This document shows positions 9,130 to 18,281 of a stretch of DNA of 64,000 nucleotides, one piece after another. The first letter of the stretch is position 1. Every line of letters starts with the position of its first letter. The notes beneath the pieces are model-generated. The model ran no database searches, had not been told where the DNA came from, and worked only from the letters and a program-made list of their open reading frames with translations. The position numbers were made by a program, and so were the translations under genes. The DNA comes from Candidatus Staskawiczbacteria bacterium (GTDB lineage Bacteria; Patescibacteriota; Minisyncoccia; Minisyncoccales; Staskawiczbacteraceae), in NCBI GenBank assembly GCA_026395175.1, contig JAPLZF010000009.1:82083-146082 (forward strand), in the 5' to 3' direction.

Positions 9130-10191
9130 TTATTTAAATAAAACTTTAAAATTATTGGTGCTCGCCTCCTCTTTTAATAATTCTATGATTTCTTTCTGTG
9201 ATTTTGTCATATTACTTTCATCAAATTTTGATCCAATGGTAAGTTTCAAAGCTGAAATTGAGTTATATTTTTTATCTTTAAATTTCACATCTTCAAGGTT
9301 GGTGAATAAAATCATTTTTAACAAACCATCTTTGATATCCTCTATGGATGGTAATGTGCCATCTTTGCTATGTTTCCCCTCTACTAAAAATAATTTATCA
9401 TCCTTAATCTTCGCTTCATCAACAGTGAAAAAATAATATCCACCTAAATAATTTTTTATAGTAATTATTGCTTTTTCCCCAGATAAGTTTTCTTTTGGTT
9501 GTATGATTAAACGCTCTCGCCCTTGGGCTTTTTTTGCCAACATCCGAGATAATTCCATAAAATTATTTTTACCTTTTAAAAGTTCGTTTATTCTTTTTTC
9601 GGCAGTTTGACGTGAGTGCATTTCTATTTTTAATTTTTTAGAAATTCCAGCATAGGATTCCAATGCCTTTTTTCCGATTTGCCCAATTTTGTCGATATGA
9701 GCAAGATTCCAGTGTAGAGCATCTGATTGATAAGATAAAATATTTTCAAGCTGTGTTTTAATATAGTCAATATCGAAACGTTGATTTGTAATTTTTTGCT
9801 TATATCTTTTACTCTTTTCTGCTGTATTATAATAAGCGATGATTACATAAATTCCCAATAAACTCATCAGTGAAATTGTATCCCATTGTAAAAAATCTCT
9901 ATCGCCTTCCAGCCCCTCGTCTTTAAAAACAGGTATAACCGTAATTTTTTTCCCAGAAAACCCTAAAGTATCATAGACTCTCGCGTAAGGATAGGAACGG
10001 GTTCGTTTTGCTGAAACCCACCAGCTCATCGCAACTTGATTCTCTTTATCAATTTTTAAAATAAAAGAAGAAAAAGAGGACATTCCTTTTCGTAAATCTT
10101 TTAAATCTAAAATCTCTAACTTACGGCAAAGTAGTGGCTTATATTTTATTCCTTTAATTTTAGCTAATATATCCATATTTGTCTGCTTCAC
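9130..10191 (-). CDS. Candidate Type II restriction endonuclease with a C-terminal PD-(D/E)xK-like motif TVDE...LVEGK
   Basis: Overlaps the downstream end of the adjacent DNA MTase gene. The D...ExK spacing is consistent with the nuclease fold. Confidence 0.5.
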   Translation of the reverse strand: MKQTNMDILAKIKGIKYKPLLCRKLEILDLKDLRKGMSSFSSFILKIDKENQVAMSWWVSAKRTRSYPYARVYDTLGFSGKKITVIPVFKDEGLEGDRDFLQWDTISLMSLLGIYVIIAYYNTAEKSKRYKQKITNQRFDIDYIKTQLENILSYQSDALHWNLAHIDKIGQIGKKALESYAGISKKLKIEMHSRQTAEKRINELLKGKNNFMELSRMLAKKAQGRERLIIQPKENLSGEKAIITIKNYLGGYYFFTVDEAKIKDDKLFLVEGKHSKDGTLPSIEDIKDGLLKMILFTNLEDVKFKDKKYNSISALKLTIGSKFDESNMTKSQKEIIELLKEEASTNNFKVLFK

Positions 10192-11266
10192 GATAAATAA
10201 TTTCTAATTTGTCGTTTTGGTTAGCAAAAAAAGTTTTTTGTGCATCACCAAAACCCAATTTTGTTTTTATGGTTGAAACGAGTGACTTTTTTATTTCAAA
10301 ACCAATACTATTTCTTCCTAATTCGCGAGCTTTTTTCATCGTCGTACCGCTACCAGCGAAAGGATCTAACACTGTTTCGTTTTTGTAAGAAAAAAGTTTA
10401 ATCGCACGATAAGGTAATTCTTCGGGAAAAGCCGCAATATCTTTTTCCAATGATGAACCAGGCATTACATTGTTCATTTCCCAAAGAGTCATATACCATC
10501 TATTTTTTTGAATCTCTTTCGTGTCCACTTTTGATTTTTCTCGGACATCTTTAGATATTGAACGATAATCAAATCTACCTTTTTGAAAAATTACTATACT
10601 TTCCAATAAATTGTCAGGATAAAAATACATAGGATAAGGATTCTGTAAAATAACTCCACTCCGACGACTAATTCTTAAATAACCATCGGGTTTCTTCCAG
10701 ACGATTTTATCTCTATATCTAAAACCTGCTTGTTGAAAAATTTTAACCGCGTCAGCGGCGATAGGATATTTCTCGCCATCAATCAACATATCATCAATAT
10801 TCAAAACGGCGATTCTCCCATCTTGTAAGACTCTATATGTTTCTTCGGCAAAACTTTTCAGCACTCCTAGATATTGTTCATAACTCTTAAATAAGCCCTT
10901 ATAATCAAAGGGAGCATTAAAATAAGGCGGCGAGGTTATCATTAGGTGAACACTACCATCTGGTATTTCTGCCATACTCATACAGTTGCCTACTATTAAT
11001 TTGTGGTTTGTTGCGGTAACATCGGGTTGTGTATGTTTTTTGGTTTCAACTAGTTCTTCCAAAACCGCATCTTTCACTCCTTGATTTTTAGATAGTTTGC
11101 TTTTAATTATTTCTTTCTGGATTTCATATAAAGCTTTTTTTGATTTTTTCCTTGGCCATTTTTTGGCTATAATTCCGTGTTTTGTTTTGCTAAGACTAAC
11201 AACCCCACGAAGTTTTTCTTTTGCCAATCTTAAAGCTTTTTTATTTTTAACTTTTACTTTTGCCAT
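10160..11266 (-). CDS. DNA methyltransferase, beta-class N6-adenine/N4-cytosine (motif IV SPPY before motif I DPFAGSGTT)
   Basis: The SPPY and FxGxG motifs occur in the order typical of PF01555-type MTases. Confidence 0.8.
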   Translation of the reverse strand: MAKVKVKNKKALRLAKEKLRGVVSLSKTKHGIIAKKWPRKKSKKALYEIQKEIIKSKLSKNQGVKDAVLEELVETKKHTQPDVTATNHKLIVGNCMSMAEIPDGSVHLMITSPPYFNAPFDYKGLFKSYEQYLGVLKSFAEETYRVLQDGRIAVLNIDDMLIDGEKYPIAADAVKIFQQAGFRYRDKIVWKKPDGYLRISRRSGVILQNPYPMYFYPDNLLESIVIFQKGRFDYRSISKDVREKSKVDTKEIQKNRWYMTLWEMNNVMPGSSLEKDIAAFPEELPYRAIKLFSYKNETVLDPFAGSGTTMKKARELGRNSIGFEIKKSLVSTIKTKLGFGDAQKTFFANQNDKLEIIYREADKYGYIS

Positions 11267-11269
11267 ATT

Positions 11270-11941
11270 TTATATTAATTTATTTTCCGAAAAACTAAAT
11301 GGTTTTTTACCCTTAGCTATTATAACATGATCTAGAACATCTACCCCCATAATTTTGCCGGCTCCAATAATTCTTTTTGTAATTTCTAAATCGTCTTCTG
11401 ACGGCTCGTTATCCCCCGACGGATGGTTGTGGGCTAAAATTACAGAGCAGGCATTTTGTTTTAGCGCTTCCTGAAAAATTTCTCGCGGATGTATTAAGCT
11501 TGCATTTAACGTGCCAATAAACATTGGTTTTTTATGTAAAAGTTCGTTTCTTGCATTAAGAAAAAGCGCCATCAAATGCTCTCTTGTTTTGTCTCGCATA
11601 TAAACAACTTGAGCCAAAACATCTTCAACTGAATTAATTTTTGGCAGACTTTCATCCCTAACATCCAAAGCTCTTTTTACCAATTCTTGGCTTGCCAAAA
11701 TTATACAGGCTTTAGCCGAGTTTATTCCTTTTATTTTTGTTAAATCTTCGTATTTTAATTGTAAAAAATTTTTAATAGGATATTTTGCCAAAATCTGTTC
11801 TGCAACTTCAATTACATTTTTACCTTCCACGCCCGTGCCAAGCAAAATTGCCAAAAGCTCTTTATCTTTCAAATTTTCTTCGCCTTTCGCAATCAACTTC
11901 TCTCTTGGTCTTTCAATTTTCGGCAAATCTTTTATCTTCAT
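11270..11941 (-). CDS. radC: RadC-like JAB/MPN domain protein
   Basis: HNHPSG JAMM motif plus an N-terminal HhH region. Confidence 0.8.
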   Translation of the reverse strand: MKIKDLPKIERPREKLIAKGEENLKDKELLAILLGTGVEGKNVIEVAEQILAKYPIKNFLQLKYEDLTKIKGINSAKACIILASQELVKRALDVRDESLPKINSVEDVLAQVVYMRDKTREHLMALFLNARNELLHKKPMFIGTLNASLIHPREIFQEALKQNACSVILAHNHPSGDNEPSEDDLEITKRIIGAGKIMGVDVLDHVIIAKGKKPFSFSENKLI

Positions 11942-11970
11942 ATTATAGCGACTTTCAGCTTTTACTTTTC

Positions 11971-12261
11971 TTACTTTCTATTAAAGTTTTTACCAACAAT
12001 TTTTTGCAGAATTTCTAAGGTGGCCTGCACAGAAGGATTTTCTGTATTTTCCAAGGTTAATCTATCCCCATAAGTGTTTAACAGAGGAGTTAAAAATTCA
12101 TCTCCCCAAGAAGGAGAAAAAGTTAACACGCCGTAAAAATCAATTTCAATACTTTCGGTTTCTTTCACGTCTCTTAAGAGTGATTGCAATGCAGAAAAAG
12201 CTTCCCTACCCGTTTGTCGGGAGATAAGTGTTGTGCCAAATTTTTTTAATTCTATTTTCAT
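11971..12261 (-). CDS. STAS-like (DUF4325-type) small protein, putative partner of the upstream GHKL kinase
   Basis: ISRQTGREAF ... IDFYGVLTFSPSWGDEF matches the DUF4325/STAS-like pattern; 4-nt gap to the kinase gene. Confidence 0.55.
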   Translation of the reverse strand: MKIELKKFGTTLISRQTGREAFSALQSLLRDVKETESIEIDFYGVLTFSPSWGDEFLTPLLNTYGDRLTLENTENPSVQATLEILQKIVGKNFNRK

Positions 12262-12265
12262 AATT

Positions 12266-12994
12266 TTAATAAGTTATTAAGGCAAGACATCCACGGACAG
12301 TTTCTGATGCATCTTCACTAACAATATCCGCGCTATTGCCTTTTAATAATAATTTTGCGTCGCCCGATTGGAATATCAAACTAATTGGATTCTTTGAAAT
12401 AACGCTTTTAACATATTTTAATCCATTACCTCTTGATTCGGGTTTCCTACCGGAGATTATCTCGGTAAATGCAGTTTGCAATGCATGAGCATGGTCTTTT
12501 AATTCTGGTTTTACTTTTCTTAATGTTTCTAAAATTCCCACTCCTCTGTCCGCCAATACAATCTGTTTTTTATTCAAATCATACGCAAAGAAAATTCCGG
12601 GAATATCTGGCCACTGACCAAGATTATGGTCATATGAATTATTTCCTATCTCTCCGGCAATAGATGTCAATAAAGAGAACAATGGTTTTGCATCTTTATT
12701 TTCAATCATCAGCGTTTCCATCTTTGTTATGCGAGCTTGAAAAACTCCGCTGTTTTGGCAATAAAATTGCTCGGGTATTTCTTTTTCTAAAACTGCCCAG
12801 TCTTTAGCAAGCTGGAATAAATCATTTAAGAAAACATCAATATCTTCTTTGCGATAATAACGATGACCGCCCGGTTTATCTCTAACTGAAAGCAAACGAC
12901 CGCTTTCATCCCAGCGACGCAATGTCATAATTGTAACTCCCAGCAATTCGGCTGCTTCACCTATTGTTATTAAATTTTTGTCTTTTTCTTCCAT
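12266..12994 (-). CDS. MerR-type HTH fused to a GHKL (HATPase_c, RsbW/anti-sigma-like) ATPase/kinase domain
   Basis: HTH ITIGEAAELLGVTIMTLRRWDESG; N-box EIGNNSYDH; G1 DRGVGI; G2 GRKPESRGNGLKYV. Start chosen at MEEKDK, downstream of a TATAAT; the ORF-track start at 13063 is probably too long. Confidence 0.65.
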   Translation of the reverse strand: MEEKDKNLITIGEAAELLGVTIMTLRRWDESGRLLSVRDKPGGHRYYRKEDIDVFLNDLFQLAKDWAVLEKEIPEQFYCQNSGVFQARITKMETLMIENKDAKPLFSLLTSIAGEIGNNSYDHNLGQWPDIPGIFFAYDLNKKQIVLADRGVGILETLRKVKPELKDHAHALQTAFTEIISGRKPESRGNGLKYVKSVISKNPISLIFQSGDAKLLLKGNSADIVSEDASETVRGCLALITY

Positions 12995-13093
12995 AGTTTT
13001 AATCTTTATTTGTATTATATCATAGTTTTTAAACCTATACAAGGTGCCAATAAACCTATACATTTACCCTAATTTTCAGCCAAACAAAAACCG

Positions 13094-13113
13094 TCCTGAG
13101 CGAAGTCGAAGGG
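13094..13113 (+). repeat. Repeat family C copy (intergenic), part of a hairpin plus T-run downstream of the 13139-13828 gene
   Basis: tcctgagcgaagtcgaaggg followed by cggttttt. Confidence 0.5.
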
Positions 13114-13138
13114 CGGTTTTTGGCCTTAACTTTTTTGG

Positions 13139-13828
13139 TTAGGATTTTACGCGTTTGAGGTCTTGGTATAAAGCATATAAAAATACAATGGTAAACGGAG
13201 CAACAAAGAATATGTTTATAATTGTGCCAAAGAATTTAATCCACGAAAGCAAAATTGCCACCACAAAAATTACCACCAGTCTGCCAAATATTGGCCACCA
13301 ATACCCTTGCACTAATTGTTTGCTTCTCTTTAAGGCACTTGTTCCTTTTGCGCCTTCGTCAATGTAAACAAACATAGAAAAGCAAAACCAAATGGCAAAA
13401 ATGATGCCGGGGATTATAAGCAAAATCAACCCGCCCAATGTTGCCAAGCCCACCAAAAGTGAAATCCAAAAAAATGATGCAATTTTTTGCCATCCAACTT
13501 CCAACGACGCTTTAAATTTTAATGCTGTGTCTTTAACCGCGCAGTACAATGCCGTTTTCGACCACAATGAAAAAATTATGCAAATTAAAATTCCAACCAG
13601 CCCCAAAAGCACATCAACCAAAATTATGGTTATGTTAAAGTCGCGCCTTTGAAACGGCCAGTAGCTTATTAAAAATCCAATCAAGCCGGCTGGCAACAAA
13701 ACCAAAGCGCCAATAAATCCAAACAATATTATGCCAGCATATGTCCAGATTTTTTTGTAATAAGCATCAAAACTTTTTTTAAATAATTCTACAACCGGCA
13801 AAAGCATTTTTGTTTGTGTTTCTTCCAT
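13139..13828 (-). CDS. Hypothetical polytopic membrane protein
   Basis: Multiple hydrophobic helices; no motif recognised. Confidence 0.5.
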   Translation of the reverse strand: MEETQTKMLLPVVELFKKSFDAYYKKIWTYAGIILFGFIGALVLLPAGLIGFLISYWPFQRRDFNITIILVDVLLGLVGILICIIFSLWSKTALYCAVKDTALKFKASLEVGWQKIASFFWISLLVGLATLGGLILLIIPGIIFAIWFCFSMFVYIDEGAKGTSALKRSKQLVQGYWWPIFGRLVVIFVVAILLSWIKFFGTIINIFFVAPFTIVFLYALYQDLKRVKS

Positions 13829-13833
13829 ATTTT

Positions 13834-14301
13834 TTATTTGCTTAACAGTTCTTTTATAATTTTAGAAATTTCCGAGTTGTCGGCTTTGCCTTTTACCTGT
13901 GGCATCAGGTCTGCCATTATTTTCCCTGTGTCTTTAATTTCTACAGCTCCTGTTTTTGCAATTGATTCTGCCACCAGCTTTCTTAATTCTTCGTCAGACA
14001 ATTGTTCTGGCAAATATTTTTTTATAATATCAATTTCTTTCTGCTCTTTTTCGGCCAATTCCGGCCTGTTGCCTTGCACGTATAAAGCAATGGCATCTTT
14101 TCTTTTTTTAATTTCCGAAGCCAAAACACTTATTATTTCCTCGTCAGAAAGCTGAATTTCTGTTTCAGACTTTTCCTTAAACTTTTTGTCTTTTTCTTTT
14201 GTAAGAATCACAGCCGACATCATACGCAAAACACCGGTAGTAAAGCTATCTTTGCTTTTCATTGCTTCTATAGTTTCTTTTTGTATTTTCTCTTTTAACA
14301 T
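13834..14301 (-). CDS. yqeY: GatB/YqeY domain protein
   Basis: GKIMADLMPQVKGKADNSEISKIIKELL, typical of the YqeY C-terminus. Confidence 0.7.
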   Translation of the reverse strand: MLKEKIQKETIEAMKSKDSFTTGVLRMMSAVILTKEKDKKFKEKSETEIQLSDEEIISVLASEIKKRKDAIALYVQGNRPELAEKEQKEIDIIKKYLPEQLSDEELRKLVAESIAKTGAVEIKDTGKIMADLMPQVKGKADNSEISKIIKELLSK

Positions 14302-14520
14302 TTACTTAGGCTTTGCGAGTTTTTCTGCTTTGATTTTTGCAATTTTTCTCTCAACTCTTTTCAAAGCAGACCTCTTTTTAACCAAATCAGATTTTGCTCT
14401 TTTAAAAAACTTTGTTTTTCTTAACTGAAGCAAAACACCCGATTGTCTCACAGTTTTTGTAAAACGGTGTCCCAAGTTTTGAGAAGTCTCTTTGTCTTTT
14501 TTTGTAACTTGTACTGGCAT
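14302..14520 (-). CDS. rpsU: 30S ribosomal protein S21
   Basis: RFTKTVRQSGVLLQLRKTKFFKRAKSDLVKKRSALKR resembles the S21 pattern RFKRSVSKTG...ARKREFYEKP. Confidence 0.7.
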   Translation of the reverse strand: MPVQVTKKDKETSQNLGHRFTKTVRQSGVLLQLRKTKFFKRAKSDLVKKRSALKRVERKIAKIKAEKLAKPK

Positions 14521-14595
14521 GATTTATGAACGAAGTGAATAAATCACCCTGACACTGAGGCATTTATGCCGAAATGGAAGGGTATACATTTATTT

Positions 14596-15879
14596 CTATT
14601 TTTTAATTTTAGCTTTCATTTCGCTTACGACCTTGTCAAGTTTTATTTCTTTTTGGACTCCTGTTTCCATATCCCTTAAAGTAATAAAATCTTCTAATGC
14701 TTCTTTTTGCCCAAAAATCAGCACCCACCTAATGTTTAATTTGTTGGCGTTTCTTAATTGGGTTTTTAAAGAATCTTTTGAAAATGATTCAGCCACCGGA
14801 ATTTTTGCGGCCCTAAATTCTTCAAACAATTTCATACTTTTCCTTTTTGCCAAAATTCCCAGCTGAGCCAAATATATTTTTGGATTTTCTTCCTGTTTTC
14901 CGGTTTTCATTTCTCTGGCTTTCATCAAGCTGATAATTCTTTCAATTCCGGCAGCCGACCCGCAGCCGGCTGTATCTCTGCCTCCCATAATTTTTGCCAA
15001 GTTGTCATATCTTCCTCCGCCGGACAACGTGCCCAGGGCTTTGCCATCTTCAGAAGTTTCCACAATTTCAAAAACCGTTTTTGTATAATAATCTAAGCCT
15101 CGCACCAAATACGGGTTTAAAGTATATGGCAATTCCAGCTCATCTAAAAATTCCAAAACTTCTTTAAAGTGCGCGTGGCATTTTTCGCAAAGGTGGTCAA
15201 TTATCTGCGGGGCATTGGCTTTTACTCTTTGGCATTTTTCTTCTTTGCAGTCTAAAATTCTCAAAGGGTTTTCCTTCAGCCTGCGTTGGCAGTCTGCGCA
15301 CAAAGACGATTTGCGCGATTTAAAATAGTTTGTCAAAATCTTTTTAAAATACGGCCTGCATTCAGAATCTCCAATTGAATTCACTTCAATTGTTAAATTT
15401 TTAAATCCCAATTCTTTCAAAACGTCATAACTCATTTGAATTATTTGGCTGTCAATTGAAGGAGTTGCGTCGCCAATTGCCTCAAATCCAAACTGGTGGA
15501 ATTGTCGAAATCTTCCTGCCTGCGGTCTTTCATACCTAAAAAATGGCCCCAAATACCAAAGCTTTACGGGCTGTGGCAAGTTGTGCATTCCGTGTTCCAA
15601 ATATGCGCGCATCACGGGGGCTGTGCCTTCGGGTCGCAAAGAAACCATGTCCCCGCCTTTTGTGCGAAATGTGTACATTTCTTTTCCAACAATGTCTGTG
15701 TCGTCTCCCACTGCCTTTTGAAAAACTTCCGCGTATTCCAAAATTGGAGTTTCAATTTTATCAAAGGTGTAAGAATTGGCAACCGCTTCAACAACTTTTT
15801 GCACGCGCTTAAAATACAATTGGTCTTCTGGCAAGACGTCATGCATTCCTGTTAGATTCTGATATCTTAATTTGCTCAT
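14596..15879 (-). CDS. hisS: Histidyl-tRNA synthetase
   Basis: Class II aaRS motifs, GMHDVLPED N-terminus, anticodon-binding C-terminus. Confidence 0.85.
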   Translation of the reverse strand: MSKLRYQNLTGMHDVLPEDQLYFKRVQKVVEAVANSYTFDKIETPILEYAEVFQKAVGDDTDIVGKEMYTFRTKGGDMVSLRPEGTAPVMRAYLEHGMHNLPQPVKLWYLGPFFRYERPQAGRFRQFHQFGFEAIGDATPSIDSQIIQMSYDVLKELGFKNLTIEVNSIGDSECRPYFKKILTNYFKSRKSSLCADCQRRLKENPLRILDCKEEKCQRVKANAPQIIDHLCEKCHAHFKEVLEFLDELELPYTLNPYLVRGLDYYTKTVFEIVETSEDGKALGTLSGGGRYDNLAKIMGGRDTAGCGSAAGIERIISLMKAREMKTGKQEENPKIYLAQLGILAKRKSMKLFEEFRAAKIPVAESFSKDSLKTQLRNANKLNIRWVLIFGQKEALEDFITLRDMETGVQKEIKLDKVVSEMKAKIKK

Positions 15880-15887
15880 ATTTTTTA

Positions 15888-16496
15888 TTAGTATGTTGGC
15901 CGATTAATTTCTGATATGGTTGTTATTGGAAAAATTCTCAAAGCTGCCTTGCCAATTATATATTGCCTTGAAACAACTCCCCACATTCTTGAATCATAAG
16001 AATATTCCCTGTTGTCTCCCAAAACAAAATATTGTCCGGGCATTAAGGTGACATTTACATATCCGTAAGTTTTTAAAATGTCTCCTCCGATTTGCGATAA
16101 ATATTTTTCATTTAGAATAGTTGTTTTTCCGTCTTGAATTATTTCAACCTTGCCGTTTGTTATGTTAATTGTTTCGCCGGGCAGCCCGACAACTCTTTTG
16201 ATAAAGCGCTGGCCTTCATAGCCTTTTATAAAACTGGCATCAAAAACAACTACATCTCCCCGTTGCGGTTCGGCAAATCTGTAAGAAATTTCATCAATAA
16301 TTAAATAATCTCCTGTTGCAAAATTCGGCGCCATTGATGCTCCGCTGACTATAAACGGCTGAAACAAAAAATATCTTATTGGAGCCACAATAACAAAAGC
16401 AATAATGGCAATTTTAACCAATTCCAAAACAAACGGCGAATATTTCCTTACAAATTTCCTTACCTTGCCAGCTTCTTGTTTAGTTTCACTATCCAT
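15888..16496 (-). CDS. lepB: Signal peptidase I
   Basis: GASMAPNF and GDNREYSYDSR motifs. Confidence 0.85.
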   Translation of the reverse strand: MDSETKQEAGKVRKFVRKYSPFVLELVKIAIIAFVIVAPIRYFLFQPFIVSGASMAPNFATGDYLIIDEISYRFAEPQRGDVVVFDASFIKGYEGQRFIKRVVGLPGETINITNGKVEIIQDGKTTILNEKYLSQIGGDILKTYGYVNVTLMPGQYFVLGDNREYSYDSRMWGVVSRQYIIGKAALRIFPITTISEINRPTY

Positions 16497-16564
16497 AAAT
16501 TTGTTTTATTTTATCACACTTTTTAGGCAATTACAACCCCTTTATAAATAGTCCAAATATAGAA

Positions 16565-16598
16565 AAAAAGTCGGGCTCCAGCATGTGCTAGAGCCCCT
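16565..16598 (-). terminator. Intrinsic terminator (GGGCTC-loop-GAGCCC then a T-run on the minus strand)
   Basis: Hairpin plus TTTTTTT seen in the minus-sense sequence. Confidence 0.5.
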
Positions 16599-16627
16599 CA
16601 AACTTGAAACAGGTACAACAAATGCAA

Positions 16628-16897
16628 CTACCGCCGCAAGCGCAGGGACTGCTTCCTGCACTTGGGCTTATGATGCCCATTGCCATTGCCGTTTTTGCCG
16701 TTGCCGGGGGATTGATCCCTAAAAACCTGCAGGAGCAACTTCCGCATTCCCTTCCGTCCGATGTGTTCCCCGCCATAGCGAGCGTTGAAGATTCTCGCCA
16801 GTTTTGCGATGGCGTCAGAATGCGCATTCGGGGGAACTTGAAATTTCCGTAGAAACCGTACTTGGTCCTCTGGCAACTGCATTGTCGCGTTAAGCAT
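16628..16897 (-). CDS. Hypothetical small basic protein in a GC-rich island (MLNATMQLPEDQVRFLRKF...); gene model uncertain
   Basis: This frame stops about 30 nt before the terminator. The alternative overlapping frame 16588-16968 is Cys-rich and stops inside the terminator hairpin. Confidence 0.3.
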   Translation of the reverse strand: MLNATMQLPEDQVRFLRKFQVPPNAHSDAIAKLARIFNARYGGEHIGRKGMRKLLLQVFRDQSPGNGKNGNGNGHHKPKCRKQSLRLRR

Positions 16898-17061
16898 ACT
16901 CTTTTCCCTCTTCGTTTTTGTTGTGTTTTCCCTGTTTCTACAAACAAAATTGGAAATGAGCTGACCATTCAACCGCCTTTCTCTCGGTTCTTGAATGGGT
17001 TGTTGACAACTAATATCATAGCTCTTTCATAAATTGATGTCAAATGCTATAATTACAAAAT

Positions 17062-17625
17062 ATGATAATTATTATTGGCCTGGGAAATCCGGGCAAACAA
17101 TATAAAAATACCCGCCACAATGTTGGATTTATGGCAGTTGACAGCTTTGCAGAGAAAAATAATTTCCCGGAGTTTAAGTTAAACAAAAAATTTAATTCTT
17201 TAGTTTCAGAAGGAATTATTGAAGAAGAAAAAATATTGCTCGCCAAACCTCAAACGTTTATGAATAACAGCGGTTCTGCAGTAAAATCCTTAATTCGAAA
17301 TTCGAAATTCGAAATTAGAAATTCTATCGTCGTGGTACACGACGATATAGATCTTCCTGTTGGAAAAATCAAAATCGTGCAAGAACGCGGTTCTGCCGGC
17401 CACAAAGGCGTTGAGTCAATAATTAAAAGCATTGGCAACAACGGCTTAGTAAGATTTCGCATAGGAATTGCAGGCAATAAAAAAACCGACGCCATGAAAG
17501 TTGTCTTAAAAAACTTTTCAGCAGAAGAGAAAAAAACATTGGATGAAACGATAGAAAAAATAACAGAAGCTTTAGACATGTTTATAAAAGAGGGTTTAGA
17601 AAAAACAATGAACAAATTTAATTAA
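17062..17625 (+). CDS. pth: Peptidyl-tRNA hydrolase
   Basis: MIIIIGLGNPGKQY...HNVGF motifs. It carries an in-frame heptamer-repeat insert encoding RNSKFEIRNS. Confidence 0.85.
   Translation: MIIIIGLGNPGKQYKNTRHNVGFMAVDSFAEKNNFPEFKLNKKFNSLVSEGIIEEEKILLAKPQTFMNNSGSAVKSLIRNSKFEIRNSIVVVHDDIDLPVGKIKIVQERGSAGHKGVESIIKSIGNNGLVRFRIGIAGNKKTDAMKVVLKNFSAEEKKTLDETIEKITEALDMFIKEGLEKTMNKFN
17291..17325 (+). repeat. (TTCGAAA)n heptamer tandem repeat (family A), in frame inside pth
   Basis: ttcgaaattcgaaattcgaaattagaaattc. Confidence 0.7.
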
Positions 17626-17841
17626 AAATTTGCGCTTGAATTTTTCTCGTATTCCCGTTTTTTATCAAACCTTATGATTCAAAATACTTTTCATAGTCAA
17701 AATATAAATAATAAAAGCCAGCTTTTAAGCCCCCCCCCCTAAACTTTTGCCTGTTTTAGAAAAATGTAAAGTGATGTACAAAAAGTGGATTGAAATGCAC
17801 CGCAATATTGAAAGAACTGCAAGATTTAGCAAAAGAAAACA

Positions 17842-17949
17842 TTAGCTGGAGATCACCTGGTTGCCGGCATTCCATTCGTTCGGATTCTCAACAGAGTTGG
17901 CGTTCACGTTCCAATAGCGATTGTCAGAGTTCCAGTTCGCGTTCACAGC
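17842..17949 (-). pseudogene. 3' fragment paralogous to the C-terminus of gene 18282-18944 (AVNANWNSDNRYWNVNANSVENPNEWNAGNQVISS*)
   Basis: About 85% DNA identity to 18295-18405. An in-frame TAA lies immediately upstream, so only about 35 codons are intact. Confidence 0.5.
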
Positions 17950-18281
17950 CCAGACCGATTATATGCAACACGCCATCACAACCACTGTCCTTTGAATACT
18001 CTTGGGACTGTATCTTATTTGGGACATAAAAGTCCTCCAGCGCGCTACACCGATTCTTTTCTTTTTTAGAAACTTGCATAATGACGCTTGTTGAAGACTT
18101 GTCCGCAACAATTCTGCAATATACAATTTCAAGGCGCTACGCAAAAGCCTTAACCTCCACGTTCAGCTATCCTTAGATTTATTTTACATTTTTTTGTGAA
18201 AATAAAAAGACTCTCCTTTACTTTTCAAAGTTTCAGAGAGCCATAGATTCTGAGAGTCCAAAGTCCCGAAGGGCTTTAGAG

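Noticed and set aside
16588-16968. Cys-rich 126-aa ORF as the primary gene of the GC island
   Set aside because: Its stop lies inside the terminator hairpin, and a GC-rich frame can be spuriously Cys-rich. Kept only as an alternative in the findings.
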